From assembly GCF_006345805.1 (NCBI RefSeq), contig NC_043000.1, forward strand, positions 10,664,001 through 10,728,000: DNA of 64,000 bases, written 5' to 3'. Positions 35,886-49,149 of this stretch are shown piece after piece. The stretch comes from Octopus sinensis (lineage: Eukaryota). Made by a program: the position numbers and the translations under genes. The notes below the pieces were generated by a model. That model was not told the DNA's origin. It searched no databases and saw nothing but the letters and a program-made list of their open reading frames with translations. Every line of letters starts with the position of its first letter. Positions within the stretch are counted from its first letter, which is position 1.

Positions 35886-37445
35886 CCCCCTATATATATA
35901 TATAGCCTGCCTCTTATATTCACTGTTCTAAAATTTTAAATAGTTTATTTGTGAATATAACATAAGTTAATATTGTGACAACTATATTACTTATAGAAAT
36001 GTAATGAGAGTGATTTTGAGTGATTAAATGTAGAAAATCTCAATGATATTCCTTATTCCTCAGATCAGTTCTGATTTTACAGACCTATGATCAATGACAT
36101 TCCACCTATGTCCTACCTGTTTGCTTTTGTATATTTATGAATAGATATGTTTATCCCTTTTTTTTTTAAAGACAGCAAGGTATGATTTGAGGGAATCTGG
36201 CTATATGTGAAAATATTAAACTGAAAGGCAGATCTATCCAACTCATAGTAGCATAAGGGCCTCAATGTCAGTTGTGAAAACATTTCACAAAATTTTACCT
36301 ACTTCATATTTGGAAGGGAAAGTTTATGCTTTTAGATAAAAATTGTAATTTAACTCTTAACATCTTGTTGGAAATGTTTTATGTTAATAGTGCAGTTCTG
36401 TAATGATTTTGTTACAGAACTGAAATGAATGATATAGAAAGGGATTTGTGTTATCTTATTTATAGCAGAGTTTCTTATTTTCTTCAAAATGAATGTAAAC
36501 AAGGTTAGTTTGATTATTATGATACTATGTGTTTCAGGACTGTCTGTGTTGTATAGGAAGTTAATAGTAAAAATAGCATGCTTATGAATTTGTAAAATTA
36601 AAAGTGTCATTATTTTTCTCAGCACAAATGTATTTCCCCCAGATCTTATGTACTTGCAATTAGCTCTTGGTACTAAATTGGTTCCCACCCCTGCTTTATT
36701 TGATCACTCAACTTGTTAGAAATAGCAACCAAATTCCCTTAAATCACACCTTACTTTCTTTAAAAAAAGGCAAAGATACAATTAAGTCCCTGATATACAA
36801 AAAGATGGAGCAGTCATGGTTTGTATGCCTTTTATCAGAGCTGACCTGTGCTTAAACAACAGAACTTTAATAGAGTTCTTACATTGATACACAATCTCAA
36901 GTTTATGATGGGAAAATGAAGTAAAACAACAGCCAGCTGGGAATCACAACCAAATATTTTTTATTGTTTCTTCTTGCTGGATCTTACTTCTATATTATTG
37001 ATTTCTTTCAATTAACCTCCCAGGTAATTTTTGTGTGGAGGCAAAAGAGTCAGTCGGTATGGCTTCAGTATATTAGTCTTACTATTTTGAATTTGGAAAG
37101 ATGGGAGACAAAGGTGACACTAGTAGAATGTGAATTTAGAGCATAGATAAATGTGATTAACAAAGAAAAGGTAACATCAGATACCAGATAAGCCTGTGGC
37201 CTGTCAATCCCCTTCTGATTGTTCATTTAGGCAGGTCCACCTTCCAACGCCAGATTACCAGCCTATTTGTGACTTACCATATTAATAAGTTTTGTTAGCT
37301 GAGTGCACTAAAGCAACATGAAATGAAGTGTTTTACTCAAGAACATGAGGCATTGTCCAGTCCAGGAATCAAAACCACAATCTTACAATCATGAATGGCA
37401 ATGCCTTAATCACTTAACCACATGGTTCCACACAAATGAAATTAA

Positions 37446-37663
37446 CCCTTTTGTTACCAACCCGCTGAGCGGCTCTGGCCCTGTAGTACAAATGTCTTGT
37501 TTTCAAAAGTTCTGAATTAAAATCTGCCACCAAACCTTAGTCACAATTAATGTTCTTAACACTAACTTAATGATAACTAAGTTATTTTACTAAATTCTTT
37601 GTTATATTTAAAATAATTGAAAGAAACACAAAGCATCTCAAAATAAATACAGTAACAAAAGGG
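37446..37663. mobile_element. piggyBac-type MITE with TTAA target duplication
   Basis: TTAA|cccttttgttac ... gtaacaaaaggg|TTAA. Confidence 0.88.
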
Positions 37664-40600
37664 TTAAATACCATGAAACATTTAATCTATGCAGGTACCT
37701 TGATATTAAAATGAAACTGCACTGTTTCACTATTTTATAAAGGTACAAAACATATACATTTTTGTAACAATGATGACTGTTCTAAAGGTATATATCACCA
37801 TCATCATCACCACCATCATTGTTTTAATGTCCACTATCTCAGGCCTGCATGGATTGAATGGAGTTTATTATAGCAGACTTTCTGTGGCTGAATGGCCTTC
37901 CTGTCACTGAATCTTGCCTGCTTTGAAGTAATGTAATGTTTCCCCATGGTCAGAAGAGTTTTCACAGGATATTGGAAATAAATGACATTGCTTTTATGCT
38001 AGTGAAACTTTGTATACGACCTCTTTAAGAAACAACCAAGTGGCTGAATTATTACCTCTGTAATAAATCAAATAGTAAAACTAGTAGATTATAGTTATGT
38101 ATTATTCAATTAATATTATATTTGTAAACAAATGTAATTAATTTCATACGATATAATCTTGTCTTCCATTTCCTTTCGGTAAATATTTTGACTAACTACA
38201 TATTTTCAGTGTTTTATACTCATACAATGTTCTGTACTTGAGGTTTTTCTAATCAAATGACTAATGTATATAAACAAAAATTTAATGACTAATTCCTAAT
38301 TAATTTTACATCATATCTAGCTATAATCTTTTGTTTTTATAATATTCAGAATTCACCTTCTGTTACTATTTGCTCTCAGTTTATCCACTACCATATTGAT
38401 ATATACCCACTTCCCCTGAGCTAGCCTACAAGCTTTAACAATTATTGTCTGCTGTAGAATTGTTATGGATGATGAACTTGTACCACATTCTGTTTCTTAA
38501 TTATTAGCAAGTCACTTGATGGAAAATTGTGTAGACTGTAATATATGAAGTCTGTGGTTTACTTGTGACTATTTTACTGAAATTGTTTTTCTCTAAAATG
38601 AGTTTCAAAGGTCTCAAAGAGCTGATAACACAGCTATTATAGTAATAATAACTTCCACTTTACACTATATCAAGAGGATATTAATCATAATGTTGATTTC
38701 TAACACTGGCATGAGATCACACATTTTTGAGTTAGAGATGGTGATTCTCATAAATTGAGTCAGTTCTCTTGGGAGCTATACTGCTAAGGGCTGGTATTCG
38801 TACATGTTATTTGGGTTGGTTTCTATGGTTGAATGCTCTTCCTATTCTCAACCACTGTATAGAGTGTACTAATAGCATTTTTTATGGCACCAACACAAGG
38901 AACAAGAGTATAATAATAAGAAGGTATGGATATGTAGGGGTGGTAAGGAGAAGAGAGAATCAATGGCAGAGGGGTACTCACTTTTTCTCTCAGTTCATCT
39001 GTGTATTGTCTACACATCCTGCTGAGTATGCTTACACTGTAAAGTCCCTTTAGTCTTGCTAAGGATATGACAATATCTGATATCATGATAAAATGCACCC
39101 GGTATACTCTATAGAGTGGCTTGTGTTAGGATAGGCACCCAGCTGAAGAAACTAAGCCAAAAAATGAAATATACAAACCAGAAGCTCTCCTCTGACCCAT
39201 CTAAGTAATCAGTATCTTTGGACTGTGGTGACTTGTATAATTCATGCCAGCTTAGAAAATAGTGACAATAATCATGAAACAAATATGTGTTGATGATAGC
39301 ACACCTGAAAACAAAACAACCCTTTATGTAAGATTTGATTCCACTATAAAATAAAATAAATGTGTCTGTGAAAAACATGCTATATCACACAAATCTGTTG
39401 AAACTTCTCACTTGTATATACACAGATTTATTAACAGAATATTTTTGAAAATTTCATTCTATTTCTAATAGAAAACTGTGATGAAAAAAAACTCATGAAT
39501 ACTAAAGGCAAAATTTCAAGTTATTAGTCAGGCTCTCAATTACATTTTAATAAATATACTGAAGAGCATGAAAATCTTAATGCTGAGAGGTGATTTGTGT
39601 GTCAAAAATATTGAAGGAAATGTAGAAATAAAAAGGAATATTCAAGGAAATACTAAAAAAGACTCCTAAGAAATTCACATACTTGGGAATGTGAATTATG
39701 TGAATTTCTCACAATGTACTTGCTGTTACCCGCATGGCTATTAGAACAAAAGTTTTTCTGTAGTATTATATTTACTTGGATCAATGCATGCAAGTAAATC
39801 ACTGAATGCAACCATTGTGAGCGCACATGGTTATTTGGTAAGAAGCTTGCTTCCCAACCACATAGTTCTAGGTTCAGTCCCACTGTATGGCTCGTTGGGC
39901 AAGTGTCTTTTATTATAGCCTTGGGTCAACCAAAGCCTTGTGAGTCACCTATGGTTCCAGGGATTTATGAAACCATTGTGTAGATATTATTCTTGTTTCA
40001 GTCAAAGGAATGTGGCCATTCTGGAGTACTGTCTTAAATAGTCAATAGTATAAACTCCAGTACTTATTTTAATGCTACATACTTGTTTTAGCGATCTCTA
40101 TTTGCTGAGCTGCTAAGTTTGGGATTCAAATTAACAAAAGGGAACACAGACATAAACATGTGTTCATTCATTAGTTCATCTTGTATATAGACACAGGTGT
40201 GGCTGTATATTTAAGAAATTTGTTTACCAACCTCATGGTTTCTAATTCTGTCCTACCTTGGGCAAGTGTCTTCTACTATAAAGCCAGACTGACCAAAGCC
40301 TTGTGAGTGCATTTGGTAAACACAAACTGAAAGAAACTCATTGTGTGTGTTTGTCTTGATATCACACAGCAGTTTAAACAAGCATCAGAGTGTTCATTTC
40401 CAATCTTGTATGAAAGTATGTCTAGCCTGGGAAAATATTACTTCCTTGGAAACAAGTGAGAGTTGGTGACAGGAAGAGCATCCAGTAGTAGAAAAGCCAA
40501 TTGATTCATACAAGCATGGAAAACACATTAAAATGACGATATTGTGTTTGTGTGTGTATCATCATCATCATCATCATAATTTAACATCTGTTTTCCATGC

Positions 40601-40899
40601 TGGATGGTTTGACAGGAACTAGCAAGTCAGAAGACTGCACCAAGCTCTGCCATCTGTTTTGTTATGGTTTCTATGGCTGGATGCCCTTCCTAATGCCAAT
40701 GCACTGTCAAGTGATTGTGATAAATGCAGTTTATAGCATAAACATGGCTTAAATAGAAAGTACAAATGACTTGATAATTGATCAATATAATTCATTAATC
40801 GATGTGTCATACACACACACACACACACACACACATTCTCTATGTACATAACATATTTGCAGTTCTCTCTCGTCACTTGTAATCTTAATTCCCATTAGT

Positions 40900-41095
40900 A
40901 CCGCTTGACTGGTCCTCGTGCCGGTGGCACATAAAAGCACCCACTACACTCTGAGTAGGAAGGGCATCCAGCTGTAGAAACTCTACCAGATCAGATTGAA
41001 GCCTGGTGCAGCTATCTGGCTCACCAGTCCTCAGTCAAATCGTCCAACCCATGCTAGCATGGAAAGTGGACGTTAAACGATGATGATGATGGTGA
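40900..41095 (+). mobile_element. Family-C SINE (USO1 intron 2)
   Basis: Consensus body and gatgatgat tail. Confidence 0.85.
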
Positions 41096-42268
41096 TTGCC
41101 AGTCATTTAGAAAGAGCAGGTCTTTTTATTCCAAGTATAAATCATAGAAAAATGCAGCTATGATATGTATGTTCCTAGAACTTTGCTAGACTGTATCAAC
41201 AATGGTAGGGATTATTTCAGCCAAATTTTTTATTTAAATGCAACTGCAAGGAAAGGTGCATACATACAGAGCAACATGTGACTTGTATGGGTCAGAGGCT
41301 GAAGCCTGAATATAATTACAAAGGGAGTGTAACTTAGCTACTGCCGTGACTTATGTACGAGTGTATATATGTTCATACTTTTCATTGTCTCACCTGAAAA
41401 ACATTTGCTAACTTTCTATTCTCTACTTCTTTCTTCGGTAAACATGTCTAACTTGCTTACCTGATTTTTAAATATGTTTCTGTCCTCTACAACTGTTTAG
41501 TCTACTTGACTAAAACACTCTGCATTGTATTAACAATGTATTACAACAAACTTTATTTAATTCCTTATTCCTTCACCACTTTCATGTGTAGTCGAGTTGT
41601 TTTACTCACACGCTTCTTATTATTTTTACGCTACTCTGTTATTGTTATTTCCTGGTTATCATTTACCTTCTCTAGTAGACTACAGGAGTTGCTTTTCTAA
41701 AAATTCCTTTTACTTTTTACTCTTTTCATTTCTATCCACTGTTAGAATGCAATTGTTTTTTGCAAATTGATATCAAGTCTGTAAGACATATAACCTGTTA
41801 GAATACTTCTTATGTCCTTTTCCTGTGATCTTGCTGCTCTCTAACTTTCTAGTTCATTGAATTGATGACTTGGTGGTTTTCTGAAATTACTTTTACAGGT
41901 TTACAAAACACTAAAAGCTTAACCTTTGTCATCAGTAACAGTTTCATATTTGTTTTAAATTTATTTTCTACAATATATTCTATTATATTTCTTGTCAATG
42001 ACAGATAAATTGCCCCCTCGTCATTGTCCTGTTTTGGAACCCAAACATATTTCCCACTTAGACAAGCAAGTAAAGTAATAGTCTGTTTTTCTGAACTATT
42101 TCAGTCTTTGTGCTATTGGTAGTCAGCTACAGAAGGCTTAGTCACATCTTCAGTATTATACATCTGTAGCAATGTGTTTTTATATATATATATAAGGTCT
42201 ACAGTCTGACATCAATATTGATAGAGACAAGAACATTAACATACATTTCATTTTACCTTTTTCTATAG

Positions 42269-42333
42269 AAATATGCTCTGGAGGTTGGAACTCAGGCAAT
42301 GGATATCCTTATCAAAGTGCTGGAGACTGACAG
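42269..42333 (+). CDS. USO1: USO1/p115 coding exon 3
   Basis: ttctatag|KYALEVGTQAMDILIKVLETD-AG|gtcagt (ends phase 2). Confidence 0.96.
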
Positions 42334-42477
42334 GTCAGTATTTTATGATGCAATTAATTCTTTTAGCTTAATGTCCAGATGGTTCTGGTAATCAAATTAT
42401 TATTTATACATAACATTTTTATTGCTTTTGATAGTTGGTAAAGCTGTCTTTGCAACCATAAGCATTTTAATGTTATT

Positions 42478-43345
42478 CATCATCATCATCATCATCATCA
42501 TCATTGTTTAACGCCTGCTTTCCATACTAGCATGGGTTGGACGATTTGACTGAGGACTGGTGAACCAGATGGCTGCTCTAGGTTCCAATCTGATTTGGCA
42601 GAGTTTCTACAGCTGGATGCCCTTCGTAATGCCAATCACTCTGAGAGTATAGTGGGTGCTTCTACGTGCCACCAGCACGGGGGCCAGTCAGGCAGTACTG
42701 GCAGCACATGCTCAAATGGAGTTTTTACATGCCACCTGCATAGGAGCCAGTCCAACGGCACTGGCAACGACCTTGCTCGAAAATTTTTTCACAAGCCACC
42801 GGCACAGGTGCCAGTAAGGCAACGCTGGTAACAATCACGCTCGAATGGTGCTCTTAGCGCTCCACTAGCATGGATGCCAGTCATCAAATTTGATTTTGAT
42901 TTCAATTTCACTTGCCTCAACAGGTCTTCGCAAGCAGAGTTTAGTGTCCAATGAAGGAAAGGTACACATAAGTTGGCTGGTTACACCCCTGGCATAGACC
43001 ACGGGTTATGGTCTCACTTGGCTTGCTGGGTCTTCTCAAGCACAGCATATTTCCAAAGGTCTTAGTCACTAGTTATTGCCTTGGTGAGGCCTAATGTTCG
43101 AAGGTCGTGCTTCCACAGGTTCCCTCAACCACTAGGGTGTGGCACTTTTTCACAAAGCTATCCTCATCCATTCTTACCACATGACCATACCAGCGCAGTC
43201 GTCTCTCTTGTACACTACATCTGATGCTTCTCAGGTCCAACTTTTCTCTCAAGGTACTTACACTCTGTCGAGTATGCACACTGACATTACACATCCAGCA
43301 GAGCATACTGGCTTCATTCCTTGCAAGCTTATGCTTATTAAGTAA
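42478..43345 (-). mobile_element. 5'-truncated RTE-clade LINE / family-C-like 3' region
   Basis: ORF 43091-43372 EASMLCWMCNVSVH...RSIRCSVQERRLRWYGHVVRMDEDSFVKKC is typical of the RTE ORF2 C-terminus; (cat)n tail at 42478-42505. Confidence 0.85.
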
Positions 43346-43614
43346 TATATAACTGTTAATATATAATTCCACATTGTAAAATAGATTTTATCTATGCAAT
43401 AACATTTCTAATGCAATACATTTCGAAGTGTATAAGTTTATGCACCATAAGAAGTGAATTCTAATGTTTTTGACAGGGACCTTTTATCAAGAAGAATCTT
43501 ATGTTAAAGATTCCTGCTCTAGCATTAACTTCTCATAGTAAATGACTTACTAACTTTGTGAACTTTATTAGCTAATTTTTCTTAACACAGTCTGATTTTA
43601 TTGAGTTGTATTAG

Positions 43615-43852
43615 TTGTTTTAAAGGTGGTGAGTTGGCAGAATTGTTAGAATGCCAGACAAAATGTGTAGCAGCATTTCTTCCAACTTTACATTCTAAGT
43701 TTAAATGCTACTGAAGTCGACTTTGCTTTTCATCCTTTTGGAGTTTATAAAATAAGAACTAGTTGAGCTCTGGGGTTGATGCATTCAACTTTCCCCTTTC
43801 TCCAAAATTTCAGGATTTGTGCCTGTAGGAGAAAGGATTATTATAAAACTGA
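43615..43852 (+). mobile_element. Degenerate family-A SINE, copy 1 of a local duplicate pair flanking exon 4
   Basis: Shares private substitutions and both flanks (ttgttttaaagg; ttataaaactga) with 44786-45022. Confidence 0.8.
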
Positions 43853-43973
43853 CTTTAACTGTACTTCCTCTAATATAGATCATAATAATGTTATACAGAC
43901 TTATAACAAAAGTTGCTGAACATTCCAGGTTGCCTTTTTCCTACAATACTTTTTGTTGCTTTGTATATTGTAG

Positions 43974-44047
43974 GAGTGACGCCGAGATTATTGGTTATTC
44001 TCTGGACACACTTTGTAACATAATGTCAAATGAACCTTCAGATGATG
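43974..44047 (+). CDS. USO1: USO1/p115 coding exon 4
   Basis: tattgtag|G-SDAEIIGYSLDTLCNIMSNEPSDD-G|gtaagt. Confidence 0.96.
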
Positions 44048-44785
44048 GTAAGTTTATAACATTTTCATTTTCCCGGCTATTCACACATATGTGCACATAA
44101 AAATGTAAGGTAAACTTATAAACCTTATGTTTTTAATTGACAGACATTTTGCCTCATTGTGAAAAATAGACACTCAGATTAAACCACAGGTTTTTTTTCC
44201 TTTCTCTCTGATTAAATATCAATCGCTTTTGTTGGTGAAGGGGAAAAACATGGTTTAACTAGTGTCAACTTTTCACAGAAAGGTTTTAAGCATATTGAAT
44301 GCTTACTTAAAATACACACTTGTAAGTTTACCAATATTTCTGTGTATGATAACAATGTATAGTGCTTCTATTTATAAATAGATGTGTGTGTGTGTTTGCA
44401 TAGAGTTTTTCTTAATAAGAACAAGAATAAGTTATGAATATTCTTTCTCTCTCATATCTCCTCAATATTGATAAACTTAATATAAGCATTTCTTTGGGAA
44501 TTGAAATTTAAATGCTTTGAAAATTATATTACAAATATTTTCATCATTGTCATTTACTTCTCATCTTCAATTTAATATCTGCTTTTCTATGAGTACTGCA
44601 TTAATTGAATTGAACTTAGCCCACATCTTTTTCTCTGCTGGGCCCAATAACATAAGATGTGCTAGAATCATTTTATTCCAAGCTTTCTTTTGTCTACTTT
44701 TGTTTCTTCTGCTAAAGAAGTTGCTACATTTTAATATTATAAAACTGAAACAAAATTACTGGCCTTGTGCCAAAATTTGAAAGCG

Positions 44786-45022
44786 TTGTTTTAAAGGTGG
44801 AGACTTGACAGAATTGTTAGAATGCCAGACAAAATACATAGCAGCATTTCTTCCAGCTTTATATTCTAAGTTTAAATGCTATGAAGTTGACTTTGCTTTT
44901 CATCCTTTTGGAGTTGATAAAATAAGAACCAGTGGAGCTCTGGGGTTGATGCATTCAACTATCCCCTTTCTCCAAAATTTCAGGATTTGTGCCTGTAGGA
45001 GAAAGGATTATTATAAAACTGA
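44786..45022 (+). mobile_element. Degenerate family-A SINE, copy 2 of the local duplicate pair
   Basis: Near-identical to 43615-43852, including flanks. Confidence 0.8.
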
Positions 45023-45065
45023 ATTCTTTTGTTCTCATTTTCTAGTTATATTGTTTCTTTTTCAG

Positions 45066-45187
45066 ATTCTATGTCACTGACAGAAGATGAATTGTCAAAT
45101 CACATTCCAGATGACTTAGGGGGTCAGTTCACTGAAATTTTTATAAAGTCCACAGAGAATGTCACACTATTACTATTGCTATTGGAA
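45066..45187 (+). CDS. USO1: USO1/p115 coding exon 5 (alternative in-frame acceptor possible at 45084)
   Basis: ttttcag|(D)SMSLTEDELSNHIPDDLGGQFTEIFIKSTENVTLLLLLLE|gtgagt; DLGxQFTEIFIK motif of p115. Confidence 0.92.
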
Positions 45188-45291
45188 GTGAGTAAAGTAT
45201 TCACCTTCTCTTTAAATAAGACATTACCAGCTTAAGAAAAATATGCTATTTGTGATTGTTGTTTATATCTTGTAAATTCATAATTTCTTAG

Positions 45292-45508
45292 CCCTTTAGC
45301 ATTCAGATTACTATCAAATGTAATGCTTATTTATTCACATTGTTTTGAATTAATCCTGCATTTTCTCACAGTTTCAAGATTTTGATGACGTGCTTGTTTA
45401 TTTTTGGAAATACATTGTAAGGAAGATGTAGAGGCAGGATCTAGTCTGTTTGAGCATAAAATGGGTAGAATATATGGGTCAGATATGGCTGATTTAAATG
45501 CTAAATGG
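45292..45508. mobile_element. Older piggyBac-type MITE (second family)
   Basis: ttag|ccctttagcatt ... aatgctaaatgg|ttga: degenerate TTAA-CCC ends. Confidence 0.6.
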
Positions 45509-46656
45509 TTGATACAAGAATTGAAATTTTTGTGAGCACCCTTAATATTTTCTACTTTTGCACATGTCCCTCTGTTTCTAAATATTTATCTCCCAGTTGT
45601 CCATTTAGTTTCATTAATTTCAATCAATATTTCTGTTGTTCTTTGTTAATTTTAACATCTGTTTTTCTCTACTAGTGTTCTTGCAAAAATATTGATTTTA
45701 AGGCAGGATATTACAGCCAGATGCTCTTCCTTTCCTCACCAATCCTCACTCATTTTTCAAGTAGGGGATCTTTTTATTTCACGGGTCTTTGAAAGCACAC
45801 AATGACTAGTGGTAATGTCAGCAACATAATCAACATTTATCAAATGGTGAAAAATGAAATATCAAGTCCATGCACATTCACACACATACACTCATATATG
45901 CAACAGGCTTCCTCCAGTTTCCATGTAGTAAGATTCATTCATAAAACATTAGTCAACCTAGGGCTATTGTAGAAGACACTTGCCCAAGGCACCATGCAGT
46001 GAACTGAACCCAGAAACCTGAAGCCATGTGGTTTTAAAGCAGACTTAACTACACAGTCATGCCTTGAGTTTTCAGTCATAAATCTATGTTGTCTTATATC
46101 TTATATTTTAATTGCAAAAGAAAAGAATAAAAGACAAGAACCAGAATCTAAGAAACTAGTTGTGGTCTGCATAAGCACTAAAGCAGTTAATGAAATCTGT
46201 AAAATTGAAGGGCTCTTGCCCAAAATGTCAGAACTGACTTCTCCCTTTGCCTCATGAACTTATCTTATTTTTTGGATTTTAGATTTTACCTGTCTGTCTA
46301 TTTTGGGAATATATACACTATATATGAAATATGATATAATGATCTGTGTTAAAAGGAGTATAGAGCCATGAAGCAACAATATCCCTTACAAATATTTGAA
46401 CTTACTTGGTCAAAATTTATTTGAAAATCCTGAATTATATTATTAGAAAATTGATTATCCGGAACCTTTTATATTCTTTTACCATTACATCAGCTAAGTT
46501 GGTTTGTTGGATCATTAGAATAACAGTTTCAGGTATTTAGTACACTGGTGTAGCATTTTTCATATTTTAATTGTTACAGTCATTGGAGTGCAGTCATGCT
46601 GGAACATTACCTTGAAGGGTTTAGTTGAACAAATTGACCCCAGTATCTATCTTTTC

Positions 46657-47469
46657 TTTTTTTTTTTTTAATTTGGGACTTATTCCATCAGCCTCTTAAG
46701 CTGTTAAGCTATGGAGACATAAACAAGCCAACACTGGTTATCAAGCAGTAGAAGTGGAAAAACACAGATGCACACACACGTAAATATGTATATGTACAAC
46801 AGGCTTCCACTCAGATTCCATTTGCCAAACTCACTTTTAAAGTATTGATTAGCTGAAGCCTTTAATAGAAGATATATATTTCTTTATTGCCCACAAGGGG
46901 CTAAACATAGAGGGACAAACAAGGACAGACAAGGGATTAAGTCGATTACATCGACCCCAGTGCGAAACTGGTACTTTATTTATCGACCCGAAAGGATGAA
47001 AGGCAAAGTCGACCTTGGCGGAATTTGAACTCAGAACGTAGCAGCAGATGAAATACCGCTAAGCATTTTCATCTGCTGCTACGTTCTGAGTTCAAATTCC
47101 GCCAAGGTCGACTTTGCCTTTCATCCTTTCGGGGTCGATAAATAAAGTACCAGTTTCGCACTGGGGTCGATGTAATCGACTTAATCCCTTTGTCTGTCCT
47201 TGTTTGTCCCCTCTATGTTTAGCCCCTTGTGGGCAATAAAGAAATATATATCTTCTATTAAAGGCTTCAGCTAATCAATACTTTAAAAGTGAGTTTGGCA
47301 AATGGAATCTGAGTGGAAGCCTGTTGTACATATACATATTTACGTGTGTGTGCATCTGTGTTTTTCCACTTCTACTGCTTGATAACCAGTGTTGGATTGT
47401 TTATGTCTCCATAGCTTAACAGCTTAAGAGGCTGATGGAATAAGTCCCAAATTTAAAAAAAAAAAAAAA
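46657..47469. repeat. ~810-bp near-perfect palindrome (inverted duplication of nested SINEs), spacer ~11 nt at ~47055-47065
   Basis: The whole left arm (poly-T, old SINE, young family-A SINE on minus) is mirrored in the right arm; differences are one substitution and a few homopolymer indels. Confidence 0.95.
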
Positions 47470-47669
47470 GGTTCCACACAGTGAGACAGAACCTGAAACC
47501 AGTTGCAAAGTGAGATTCTTAACCATGCAACCAAAATATTTCTAAAACTCTGTTTCCATGTTTTGTATTAATATTTTGTTTTTATAATACTTAATTAGCA
47601 AGCAATGACAAAATTCCATGTAGAACTTCTTCACAATAATATATATGTATTTTTTCTTTTTCTATTTAG

Positions 47670-47828
47670 GAATATGATTTTCATGTTCGTTGGCCAATTG
47701 TGAAGTTATTGACAATTCTTCTTACAAACAAAAGTAAAGAAATTCAAGAAATCATTTTGATAAGTCCCATGGGAGTTTCTAAACTGATGGATCTTTTGTC
47801 TGATAGTCGAGAAATTATTAGGAATGAT
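47670..47828 (+). CDS. USO1: USO1/p115 coding exon 6
   Basis: tatttag|EYDFHVRWPIVKLLTILLTNKSKEIQEIILISPMGVSKLMDLLSDSREIIRND|gtaagt. Confidence 0.97.
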
Positions 47829-48385
47829 GTAAGTTACTTTCATCATCTGTGATTTTCATTGATTTATTTGTTCTTACCTCTACTGTAATAGTCATGGCTT
47901 CTTGCTTCTGTGTCGTTTTTTTTTTTTTTTCGATTTGTAGCGACAAGTTACAAGGGATTAGCTGTGGTGAGAGAGAACACTCTGACATACCCAACTCTTA
48001 CAGCTTTGTTACTGAAGTCAATTCTTAGCATACTTGTGAAAGCAGATATACATTTATAAACATACATATTATCATCATTTAATATTCACTTTTCCATGCT
48101 TATATTGATCAGATGGAATCTGTTGAGGCAGATTTTCTACTGCCAAATACTCTTTCTGTCACCAACTCTCACCTGTTTCCAAGCTAGATAATACTTCTCA
48201 GACATGTTTTTCACAGTGGACTTCAAACGTTATCACTTGTATGACATTTTGCATGTTTCTGTTCATTACAAGTAATCAATGCAAGTTAAATCAGTGAATA
48301 AGTTTAGAGCAGTGGTTTAGAAAAACACACATTTTAGAGGTTAGAGAAAGAAAATAGGGATTAATGGCTGGACAGATAAGCATTT

Positions 48386-48780
48386 GTGTCATCATCATCA
48401 TCACCGTCATTTAATGTCCACTTTCCATGCTGGCATGGGTTAAATGGTTTGACTGGAACTTGCACCAGGATCCAGTCTGATTTGACAGGGTTTCTACGGT
48501 TGGACACCATTCCTAATGCCAACCACTCCGAGAGTGTAATGGGTGCTTTTTACGTGCTATTTCCATGACACCAACAATGGCCACGACTACAATTCCACAG
48601 GTGCCACAACTACAATTTCACTCAACTTCTCAAGCACAGCATATCGGAAAGGTCTCATTCTCTCGTCATGCCTCCATAAGGTCCAGCATTCAAAGGTCAT
48701 GCTACCAGCAACAGCCACGATTAAGATTTCACAGGTGCCATTTACATGACATTGGTAATGGCCGCGACTACAATTTCACT
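48386..48780 (-). mobile_element. Family-C SINE / RTE 3' UTR fragment
   Basis: tcatcatcatcatc...ttttccatgctggcatggg...ccaaccactccgagagtgtaatgggtgc. Confidence 0.75.
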
Positions 48781-49149
48781 TGGTTTGGCAGGTGATCGAC
48801 CAGTTGCTCTGTGTGTTTGTGTACACTATGATATATAGCGTTCTCTTACTCTCAGGATGTCTGATTCATGAAATACGCACAGTGGATCAGCTTTGTGGCA
48901 ATATTTATATACACCACAAAATGAAAGGTCTTTGTATTAAAAGAGAGAGAGAGCAGAAACTCAATAATGGTTTTATGAATAAAACAAGAAAGCCAAACCA
49001 AAAATATAGCTAAAGAAAAAAACACTGGTTAGCTTCCAAAAGCCAATGACCTGCAAAAAAATTTAACTGATCTCAGGTCTAAGATAACGAACAGACAAGA
49101 TTGGAATTAGTGAGATTTCAATATCTTTCAGAGAAATAACTATATTATG

